Of a DNA stretch of 64,000 bases, positions 12,450-24,200 are shown piece after piece. The first letter of the stretch is position 1, and each line of letters opens with the position of its first letter. The notes below the pieces were generated by a model. The model was not told the origin of the DNA. It did no database searches and saw only the letters and a list, made by a program, of their open reading frames with translations. The position numbers were made by a program, and so were the translations under genes. Source of the DNA: Tubulanus polymorphus (Eukaryota > Animalia > Nemertea). The DNA lies in assembly GCF_964204645.1 (NCBI RefSeq), contig NC_134027.1, positions 3,070,485 through 3,134,484 of the forward strand, written 5' to 3'.

Positions 12450-15400
12450 AGCGTTGTGATAACTGGTGATGTGAAAACTCGATGATATAAGAAAACTCCT
12501 TTTGATAGTATTATATTGAAATTGACTAAGAATATGTAGTGCACCCCGTTACACCATACGTCTAAAGAAATCCAATAAACTCTTATCCTGTCAAAGCTTA
12601 CTCGATTATGAAATTATTCTCTATAACAAAAACCAGCGAAGATTCTAATTGGAAATTCTTTGATCAAATGATACGACGTTGTCAAACGTTCAGAACTCGC
12701 TGGCTACGTTTTAGAGGAAATTATGTATCGACAATTCGGTTTAATTGATTTGTTCGGCAACCAGTCTAGCCCAAATATTGACGACGTAATACACATCCAC
12801 TCTCACACACAACCCTCGACATTTACCATTAAGAGACGTGAAAATTGATCAAATAACAGAGTCGTGAAATTTATACGATCAAAAATAAACGCCAATCAAT
12901 ACCTGTAATTTCTATTTTGAAAGGCCAATATTGATAAGTGCACATCGACTCACATACTAACCCTGAAATAACGCGTATATGAAAACAAATTTTTCTAACG
13001 ATTTTTACGGCGTAAAAAGCTGTAACATTTATATGTGTATCCCGCAACATTAATTGAAACGTGGAAATGATCTTATTCAAGAGCGGAGAAGCTGCGTAAC
13101 AGGAAATTAATCTCAGTACTATACGCCACCCCGTTAAAAGACAACGTATTAATCAAACAACGAAACATTTATGGCCTCCGCAGCAAATTTCAAAAACAAA
13201 TTCTGTTTGAATATATCGTAAATGTCAAATCATACGATGAAACAGTAGCCTTATTAGTGATTTGAAGTCATCAGTAGAGGCAGCCAAACAAAGTTCTAAA
13301 TCGAATGATTAAATGACCGCATCACAATTGCACCTGCATCACGCAAGTTAAGGAGGCGATACGAGAGAAGAGTGTCCATATTCAACTCCATCAATAACAT
13401 AAATAGATATCGAACCTAATGATTCCATCGGTATCAATTATTTTAAGTAGACGTAAGACTGTATTACGTCATGCGTTACAAATTGCAGCTTACTTATAGA
13501 TTACACATGAACGAACATTAGTTAACATTTTCTCTCTTCTCACACACACACACACATAGTTTCTTCGTCAATATTGACATTTTCATCCACTCTATTTCTA
13601 TATAGGTTTCTTTATAATTAATTCTGCCCGAATCCACGGGGATTAAGCCTTATCAACATAGCGAATATACGTTATCGATCAAACATTCAGCAGAGTCTAT
13701 GAGGGAAAAGCGAAGGAGAGATTGACAGACGGAGCGCGCAGAACGATACAAGAGAAGAGAGAACTTTATACAATTTAAATCCCTGTAGCTACGAATAATT
13801 AAGACTTGCAGCCGCTAGGGACTAGATTCCTTTGTGAATTATGCGTATCGCCATTGACGTTTCAATCTGCTCCAATTACATTGACTTCAGTTTCGTTAAC
13901 TAAATTACCAGAATCCCATGTCGTAGATATCGATTCTTTGCAGAACACTGCGGGGGGTGCTGATGTTGTAATGACTGGACACAGACCTGTTCATCATTAC
14001 GGTCATCAACAACACCAATTACCCCTATCCATACTTGCATATGATCACAAATATATCAGGCATATGGCGGAATATGAAAAGCATGCGTTTGGCGACTGTG
14101 CGGTTCTCAATATAATCAAAAGATATTGTGGGATACAATGTATACGCACACTGTACATGAATATCTATTTCGTTCTTCAAAAGAGTCTTTGGGGAACCAT
14201 ATTTTCAGCAGTATTTCTACTATCGTTTCTACGTAGATTCACGGATATACTCATGAATTATGTTGGAGGAACAAAACATAAAACGCAATCACATTTTCAG
14301 CACGATTATCATACGAACAAAACCTTGAAAACCCTTCAAATGAAGCGCCTGACAATATCGATGGATATGTAAAGGTATTTTCTGGGACAAACTTCAGTCG
14401 ATTTGTACTATTTCCGATTCAATAACAAAACTGATGCAGTAACTCTATGAATAAGTCGGGTTGTAGAAATAGCGCAGTCACCACATTGTACAAATTGCGT
14501 ATGTCAGATTCCCAGCCGCGCTGAAAATATACGGTTTCTTCTTATATATTTCCGTGCGTAGGCTTTTTTCCATCAACATAACTCGCAATCACGCAATGGG
14601 ATAAAATATCCAAGAGTCTCCAGTTAGATGAGATGTAAGAGTATAAATGAAGAAACTACTTGAGGGTCTCGGATATCTCGGTCTATGCGAATACAAAATC
14701 ATTAAACGATCGTCAAGGGAGGTTCTGATTTATTCATGGTCATCGAAGCTCTATTAACTGGCCAGTAAATCAATCACCGGTGGCCATACGGGAGAAGCGG
14801 GACGAGAAGTCTCATGCTATATCTCGACTAGGTGCCACTGCGGCTTCGAGAACGAGTGCTTGATTAAACTGATGATTAACGGACCATTAAATACTCGTTT
14901 GATGTCCTCATCGTAACGACTCCGGATAATTGATGCATCGTTTGTTGCGAAGCAGGTCCTTTTCGATGGAAAGTACCTCCAAAAATGCGGCGCGTATACT
15001 TCGACTTCTGCGAACCGCCATCGCGATTCGAAATCACGACCGTAGAAGACCATTTATCTCATTCGATGAAGCCACATGTCTCCTGAGGTCAAATTAACTA
15101 AAGTAACTGAGAATCTGGTTTCAAAATCGATCTGATTTCAGTGTGTCTGAGAAAATACCACACGAGTCACAGCTCGTACCGTCAAATGTGATGATTTAAT
15201 CCGTTTCGGTGTCACTGGGGATTTGCCACTGATATGGAATTGATTTCGGGTTTAACGGTCGGGAGAATCACGAATCGATGTGGATAAAACGAGCCTCAAT
15301 CTGCATCGCACTCGCAGTTCTGTTTACCGGAAGTCAATATGCGATATGGACCTCGACATGTCCAATAATTCCGGAACCAGTCGCGTACTGCACCACGCAC

Positions 15401-18400
15401 TTAACACAGCTTGTCATCACCAGGCGCCAATCTGGGTGACAAGTGCCTTCGAATTATATTGGAAAGTTTCATCGGCAGGTTCAGGATTTCCGTTGGAAAA
15501 TCCGCTGTTTAATTAATGTATTAATCAATTTACTAGTTCTCTGACGAAACCTCAGTTCATCGATGCACTTGTCAAACAGGTACCACTTTCACTGATGAAA
15601 TCAACGTTATCCGGTGAACATTAAAGTATGCGGTGAATGCCATATTTTTCAGCCAATTACGATATCGCGACGTGAATAGAACGAAAATGAAGCCTCCTTT
15701 TTATATCGATATTATTTGATTTCGTGCGTAAGAGATACTGGTGATGAATTTAATTAAAAGAGAGTCTGGCGTAATGACTACAAATTAATGGTGTACGAAC
15801 GTGTTTCGCATAACTCATAGCCGTTCAATTAAGACGCATATCATTTACATTTGCACTACAAAACATTGCATTCGCGTTCCAGGCTTTGACTTCTGGAATT
15901 ACAGACATGCAATCAATTGGTTTACTATTCTCGTTGCCTCGGTGCTTAAACCATCTAATTGGAAATCGTTCTTTTTGTCGCATTTTTCATACGCGCACAA
16001 ATCTATTTGTTGCCATCAAAAATTCCTTTCAATGAGCGTTTATTAGATAATGCATTTATCTAATCAAATGTATTTTTTTTAAAAACTAGTCTTCTAACGA
16101 TTACGCACAAAGCATGCACGCAGTTCAACCTAATCACACATCATCAAACATCACAAACTAGACAAATGTATGGTGTTAATCCCCGCATGCGATATTCTAC
16201 CTCCGTATTAACAAAAGAAATGTTTTTGTTCTCCGAGATCTCATCGCTCGACTGAAAGGAATGTCATCAGAAATAACACTTCTTCTGATTCCCTAGATTC
16301 TCGCCTTACTGTAAGTTGGCTCTGGCACGTATGTGACGGCAACGCATAAAACAGGTCCCAAAATTATCATAAACTAATTCATTTCTATGTGTTACCAGCA
16401 TTGTTATTTTTCGAAGTTGAAAATTTAAATCGTAGCTTATTACGCATGCGCACAATAGTTATTTGTTTTTAGTGGCATTTCACTAAATAATTGAAATACA
16501 GTCGTTTTGCCCGAATGAGCAAGAATTGGTAAAAAAGATCGCTGAAACTAGGCGGATTACAGTATCAATGGCTCTTGCATATAAAACTTATCGCGATGAT
16601 CTTCCTTCAAATTGTTTTTCTTGGTTTCATTAAGAAATATGATTTAACTTTCATCCCAGTAACCTTCGAGTACGCTACGTGAAACCGTTTAATAGACTTA
16701 GTCAGTACAGCCGCCTAATTATAGCTATTTGCAGGGGTGAAATGAAAGTTGCCACAAACACCTGCAGCTACCACGAGTGTGTATCTAAAACCTCCAGCAA
16801 TTTGTACCATTTAAGCCGTATAATTATAAACGCAGACAATTTCTTCGCACGTCAGACCTCATGATGATCCACCGGCTAGCATCGAGAAAAACAAAACAAA
16901 AAACGATGGAAAATTGTAATTCCTTTCTATTTCACCGTATCTTAGAAAACTGAGTATACGCTTTATAGAACGTTAGGATCGACGAGATATTGTTTTATTT
17001 ACACTCACTGGACGTGTTTTCTAAAACAAATTTCCTTCGAGTTTTTTTTGTCTTTCAATTACGTAAAGTAAGCAACTGCAAAACTTCAATTTAAATAAAA
17101 AAATACAATAAGCTTACCTCTTATATATTGTTGAGTTGTTTTCCACTCTACTCGCAAGTTTTCTTACACTTATGTCAGTGAAGTTAAGTGATAAGTAAAC
17201 CTACATAAAATCCCAAAATGTTTTAAAGTTTTCAAGTTCGATCAGTTAGGTAATTGTCGCAAAACGGCAACACCACGACATGGCGTAGAAGGAAAACAAT
17301 CTAAGTTAAGATACCGGGCCATGTCTGCAACCATCACATGAAACTAGAGATGGATAAATATCGGCGGTTGCAAACCGCGCATGGCTCTGGATCGATCCGC
17401 AATGGCTGTTACTCTGCATTGGTTCAGGTAGTCATGACTACACAACCAGGAAATTATCCCTCTAACGGAATTTCCATAAATGTCAGTTTCGTAGCGTTTT
17501 ATTGTTTTCTGACACAAAAATTTTACCGGGTAATAGGAATCCGAGATTTAATAGCAACGGGAAATTGACGTGAAATTGCATTAACGCCGCGTATCCTGAA
17601 GATACAAAACAACTCGCAATGATCACTTTTGCATCAGAAAGTTTTCGAAGTTACCGTCAATAGGCGTTAAGCAAATTTCGCTACGTTATGTTTAATAGTA
17701 CCATTTTAGTCCAGGGCGTTCACGCCGTACTCTCCATCGCAAAAATTCAAATTGAATTTCAACTGGAAAAATCACGATTTTATTTATTCTAGTTATCAGA
17801 TATTACACATATATAAATACTCCACAAGTAATACTCAACGATTTGAATCTTTCCGGCCCGACGGAACTACGCGCCGCCGTTTTTTAAATCAAAACGTGTG
17901 CAGTGCCAGTGTCTGGATTCATGAAAATAGAATCAGTTGCTGAATTAATCTATCTGCTATACTCGAAAACCTATTGACAAAGAGGTATTGAAACTAGAAG
18001 TTGTTTTTCGTGTGGACCGCGGTTTGAAAATAAGGCAACCACTGGAGAAAATGATAACTCCGAAGAATTAAAGATGTTGGATATTTTTGGAGCCACCCCT
18101 ATTGTGCAAATGCATGAAAAACCACAACTTAATTTTGACGACTCGAAACGACGATCACTCGTTCGAAGAAATATGTACTAAGCGACGACTTCCTCAGAGT
18201 TCAAAGTTTGACCAGAAAACCTGTCGCTTCAAAGGACCGTTGAGGAATATCTATCAAAAACGAATTCTTAATTATATATAGGACTTTTATTAAAATGATA
18301 CATTATTTACTCTTCAGTATAAATTTTTTTCGAAGTAAAACTCATAGAATTAAAATAATTCATCAAATGCTTCTCGTACGGAATAAAAACTTTTTCAAGT

Positions 18401-18427
18401 AAAAGAATCAATAATTCCTAGATTCCA

Positions 18428-20580
18428 TCATCCTTTATCAGCTAAATCCATTTGATCAAAATACCTTGCCACTAAACATACAAGTAAATTCAGGTGTACT
18501 AATTTGGGATCTTCTGGACCAGACTGAAAATAGACAAAATACCAGTTTATTGCATCAACCACAATCAATATATCAAAGGCTTTTGCAGAAAAGCAAATGA
18601 GCGATAACTTACCAATGCTGTTCTTAAATGAGCACACATCCTGGCTAAACTACGTATGATAGAACAAGCCTCAGGGATTAATGGCTTTTCTAGACTTGCT
18701 AATAATGCATAGAACCATCGACCCTAAATACAGTGCAATAAGAGACATCTAACAACAATATTCTAAATGCAATGAATAAAAATAAAGTCCTTTAAATCAG
18801 TTTTGGCTTTGATATATTGAAATCTTTATCTTACATACAAACAAATTTTGTTCATAGTCAAAGTCAGTTAAATCCAAGATAAGCAAAGTCATCCCCTTGC
18901 TTAAGTCTTTGATTTAAAAAAAAACACAATTTGCATTCCGAATTCAATTTCCTAAGTGTAAGTCAATGACATACCAGTTATGATGGTCCCAGCAAAGACG
19001 ACTTAATCAAATTTGAAAGAATAATACCTGTTGCTCAGTGAATCCTGTAGCTTCTAACCACTTAAGATGATACTCCAGAACTCGCAGTACTGTAGGCTGA
19101 AATCAAATCATATAGGTTTAAAGCCTTCAAAAAATAGAATGTGACATCTTAGGTGAATTTTAGTAAACCACCAGTACCTGATTCATAGCAGCTACTATAC
19201 TCATCAGTGGAGGGGTACCATCTGCTAGTTGTGCAGAAGATTGTGGACTTTCATTTACAAGATTGGTTCCATTTTTAACAATAAGTCGTCCAAAACATAA
19301 ACGACACCATTCTTCGGCATTCTCTTTATGAGGCTATGAATAAATGAATGAACTGATACAATGTTTTAGGAATATACCGGTAATTACAGCCTTTGGAACT
19401 AAAAGAAGAGTGTTCAATTCCCATGATTTTTTTAGACACTAAAAAGGTTGAATTAAATCAATTATGTTCTTACTCATTTTAATCTCTTTTACTAAGTATC
19501 ATTTTATCATAACTAGTGAAACAAACTGGTCTCGTGAACGCAACCATATTTACTGATATCTCAATAACTTGTGATGTTTACTGCGTCAAGTTTGATACAG
19601 CAATCATCTCAAGTTGATGAAATGCATTTTGTCAAACATGCCTTTGACCTGTTTATTGTGAGTCTATAGACAGAGAAGACACTTCAGGATTCGCATTAGA
19701 CACAGGTTTCATCTGAAATACACAACCACTGTGACATATATAGATACACATCTATATATGAATAGTCAAATGTACTTCTTTTTTTTCTTGAGAAAAAGAT
19801 GAAAAATGTCATTCCAATCATTTATCAACATCCAGTGGCAAAGTTATTGTTTGATTGATATGATAGAGCCTTATTGTTTCAGGTAGACCTTACCAAATTC
19901 TTATTAGGCTTGACATTCTTATTGGTGGCTTTAAAATGAACTATCATCTGAAAAAGGAATAAAAATGGATCAATGAAGCGCCGAGTTCAATCTTGATATT
20001 TCTCATCACCACAGTAACTGACCTGTCGTATATTAGAGAAGTCAGCTGTTTGTTGATGTTGCCATAAAAGAGAGGGTGCAAACCCTTGGGGAGGAGCTGG
20101 ACAATCATTCACCTTAAAAAAACCAGCAGCAAATAAATGAAAGGAGGCTTAAAATCTAGAGGAAAATGAACTAAATATTGACTGATTTTTTGTATCGATG
20201 CACATGCCATCTAGCGGGACCAGCTGGTAGTATGGGATCCTCATTTAAATCGATACCTTTGGTATTGTGATTGTTGGCTTCTTGAGACTGGCAGGATCTA
20301 CACGGGCCACTACGACTCCAGGTATAGATTGAGCTTCTAATCTGAAAAATTATTTTTACACAATGATTAATCAACGAACCCGAATGAAAAAAGACAAAAA
20401 AGTGGCTGTTTTTAACCACCATTCATTGTTTTAGTTTTTGAAGACTTACAAAACTCGTTTCAAATATTGTTGTCCACTTGTAGGTGGAATATCCAAATCA
20501 TAATCTTCGTCATCATCAGCGGGTTCAATGGGAAAAGCGGCTCGTCCCAATAAACTCGAGCTGTCATCGATGTCAGACAT
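18428..20580 (-). CDS. GEMIN2: Gem-associated protein 2 (SMN complex); exons 20580-20450, 20341-20257, 20112-20023, 19947-19894, 19333-19178, 19096-19028, 18723-18613, 18523-18428
   Basis: Spliced translation contains [73 protein letters not shown] and [19 protein letters not shown], all Gemin2 hallmarks. All introns are GT-AG and in phase. Confidence 0.95.
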
Positions 20581-21227
20581 ATTCCCTGCGTAAGTCCGAG
20601 CCCGCCGGTTACACATATCTCGAGGTTATGGCTAAAACTCGAATATGGAAATAGACGCATGGATAGGACCAATGATGAAATTAAATGCGGAATCGGATCT
20701 GATCGGCAAAGTGTCCGTCCATGTCCATCATGAAGTACATCATGATGGCTGGGAGCGCGTTGATCAATCGTTAACGTGAACGCAACCCTCGCGTGAATTT
20801 AACAGCTATCTACTTAATACACAATTAACAAGCAACATTTGCAAGTTCATCCAATTTACAATCGTATTGTCCAGTAATTATCAGTTGCCAATCGCCGAAA
20901 AAGCCATTTTTAGTTCTTAAATTTTGTTCTTTTTTTCAAATAAAAATTGACTTCTCTTCCTTCCCGGGCCGCGAATAAATACAAAATCAATTCAATAAGT
21001 CCGCAGTGATGATTCTGTTCAGGTGTCTCAAAATATGGTGCCCTGCTAATGATGTTGCCTGAAGTACAAGTAGGCCTGCTTAAACGAACGTGTTCTTTAT
21101 AGTGAAAAAAGCAGTTGACAATGACGTCCACCACATCATCTGATTGATAAGGCAAGACAGGAGGAAATTTTACGCACTTTTTTTGTTTCTTCCAATTTCA
21201 GGGTGTGTTCATAACTTCTAACTACTG
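20581..21227. promoter_or_regulatory. Shared bidirectional promoter/5' leader region of GEMIN2 and TDRD12
   Basis: Divergent start codons lie ~650 bp apart and the region is locally CpG-rich. An acceptor at 21201 implies a 5' UTR intron in TDRD12. Confidence 0.6.
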
Positions 21228-24200
21228 ATGGAGCTTTGCATTTTAGAGGTAAAGTGTTAGATTATACCTCATTAAGCCTATTGATTTGACTGTAATACAA
21301 TCTTTTATTGAACGCTATTGATTGGAATACAGGTTATAGATGCCGGGCATTTTGTCGCTCGTGAACACGGAGTTCGACGTTTTGAAGAAGTATTTCGTGA
21401 AGTGAACGACTATTTCAATGAGTTTGGATGTGTTTCTGATTGGATAAAAGATCCGCTTCCTGACACGGTAAAATAGAAATTTATTAATATATTTACTTCC
21501 CCGAAAACTGAAGCCTTGCTCCACTTACAATTCTGTATTTCTGGATACTATGAAAATAAATCTTGATTAAGATTTTAATTCTATCTTTATAATAAAGAGC
21601 ATTCTGTCTTTGAAATTACTCAAATTGGTATTTTAATAGATCTATATAGGAAGGTGTGATGATAAGAAATGGTACCGTGTAATTATAGAAAACACTTTGC
21701 AGTCTAGATATGGTCCTACTGCGAAGTAAGTCAACACTGAGTGAAAACAGATTTCAAAATGTTTCCGGTAGAAGCTGTGTTTAAAGTTTTCCTTATTTTC
21801 AGTTGCTTGTTGATAGACAGTAAAAAGTATGCGACAATATCATTGAAGTGGCTGCGTCTTTGTCCGCCGAAGTTTGCCAAATTTCCAAAGCAGGCTAAAG
21901 ATTATAAGTTATACGGTATACAACCAGTTACCTTGAAAACATCGCCAATAGATTTTATGACGACTATGGCGTAAGTTTTACCTGATTATGGAACAGCATT
22001 CTGTATTTAACTGTAATGATTTGACCCTTTATATACATAATATTGTAGAGAGGTCTCTTGAAGATAGCTTTGAACATTTTGGTTCCAAGGAAGTGTTTGT
22101 AAGGTGTTGCTGTATTATTAGTCACTCCACTGTTTCATTTCAGGCCATGTGAGAGATTTGATCAACACGCAACTTTGAAGGTGAAAGACTTCCTGAATAA
22201 CAAACTTATCACTGCGGAAATTATTCCGCAGGAAACGGATTCTGATGTCACTTACATTCGCCTTTACGCAGAAGATGAGACTGGTCGTAAAGAGTGTTTG
22301 AACGAGTATCTTGTTGAGAAGGATATGGCAATATATCGTTCATCTCCTCACAAACCGAAACCACCTCTTGCCGGTCAGTATCCAGGAATCATACGGATCA
22401 GGGAATTGCGGATTTATTTTTCAATACAGGGTAAAGTCAGGGAATTTGAATATTTGTATCTTATTCTTACTGGCTGCGAGAGGCATTAAAAACCTCTTGA
22501 AAAGAAACAGGCCCCCACAGGATATTTTTCAGGAATTTTTCATCAAGGGTCAGGGAGGTATCAGGAAATTTTTGGATTCCCTGATCTGTGAGAACTCATT
22601 TTCGTCATCTATCTCCTCTGTTATAAACTACTGCTGTTATTATATTTATAACCGTTGATTCTCATGTTAATAACATTGTTTTCATAGATTCCAAACCAGT
22701 CATACAAGAGAATCGCGTTGAAGCGCCACCTGCGGTTGGTGATAGTCGAATAATTCATCGTCGACGTAATACACCTCGATCATCACAGAATCCGAGTCGT
22801 GATGTGAGTGATGATGAATCGGAAACTAGTCATCGTCGTAAAGAGGATAAAACTCACAGCACTTCAAACGCCTCCGCAGTGATGCAAAATAATCAGACAT
22901 ATGTTATACCGAGGATGGCATTATTGCATGCATTTAATAAGCGACATTGCTCACCTATTGCTGAAAAACCGACCAGTATTAATAACTCAGTTTCTAGTAA
23001 AACTACAGAATCGTCGCTTTCATTCAAACAAACTATTGAAACTCCACGTGTACAGTCGCAACCGACTTCATTGCAGAAAAGTGTCATTACTGCTGATAAT
23101 AGTGTAAACAGTTCATTGGTAACTCGTCAAAATCAAGCTGACCTACAAACAACGAGGGCTATCGGTTCGGGGAATGATTCTTCATCAAAAATTAATTCGC
23201 AGGCCATGAATTTTCTGGAAAGAATCCGAAAAAATTCGCCAGTTGTAGCTAATTCGATGTCGAAATCTCTCGAAGTCAAAACTGCAAGAAATACTGAGCA
23301 AACTGTTAAACTTGCGACAACCGTGATTAATGATGATGTCTGCGCACAAAATTTAGATGCAAACCTTAATGTCAATACATCGCAAACTAGAGCTCGTTTA
23401 CCGTTGCATTCTGATTCACTAGGCAAACCAAATAAACCAGCGTTCAAGTCAATTCTGAAAAAAGAGAATACCGGTAGTAATTCATCTGGACTCAGGTAGA
23501 ATATTTTCTGTTTGTACATAATTCTCAACCGATATTATTAAGATTAAAAGATTGGAACGAAAATTTTACTGGATTGTAGAGTGAAGATGAAAACACCAGA
23601 TGTTAGCTCTGATGATGAAGACTATAACGTTCACCACACTCAATATCATGGTGATATGTAAGTTTATCATGTACTTAATATTTGGTAAACATTTGGTGAA
23701 AGAATTCTGGAATGAATACAAGAATATTTTAACTAAATGTAATTTTAGGATATTTCATGTCCTTCGCGTATGTTTCTTTTTTTAGTTTGTTACGAAAACT
23801 GTCTCATGATGTTTATAAACGGAAGTATGTGGCAAGTGTACAGCAACATTGTTTAGTAAGTTTTTGCATGATAATTCAGATGCCTTAATCGCAATCAATA
23901 TCAAACAAGGGTTGATTTGACAGTTTTGTTTCCCATTTGTTACAAGGATTTCGTCGGTTCGCAACCGACCGCACGTGAGGATGAGATCTTTATAGTCGGG
24001 GAGAGTATTCCCAACCCGTTCAATGCTCTTGAGAAATCTCCAGTTGGCGAATGTATAAAAAAGGTATAATCGTAATTTATGAAACGACGAATGAACACTT
24101 AAAAGGTAGCAACGTATGATGATTCATTGATATATGGATTTTAGGCTATGTTCGATCGCGCATTCGATGCCCCAATGAAGATACAAGCGTACACTTGGCC

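Noticed and set aside
12956-12966. CTAACCCTG, resembling a telomerase RNA template
   Set aside because: No downstream pseudoknot, CR4/5 or H/ACA elements visible.
13806-14372. 188-aa plus-strand ORF
   Set aside because: TTG start, no domain signature and no exon context; likely spurious.
17950-18290. Stop-poor stretch near the GEMIN2 3' end
   Set aside because: Open frames are short and lack recognisable similarity or clear splice sites.
19614-19716. TTGATGA...CTGA on the plus strand inside a GEMIN2 intron
   Set aside because: Antisense to the host gene, with an imperfect C box and no terminal stem; unlikely to be a snoRNA.
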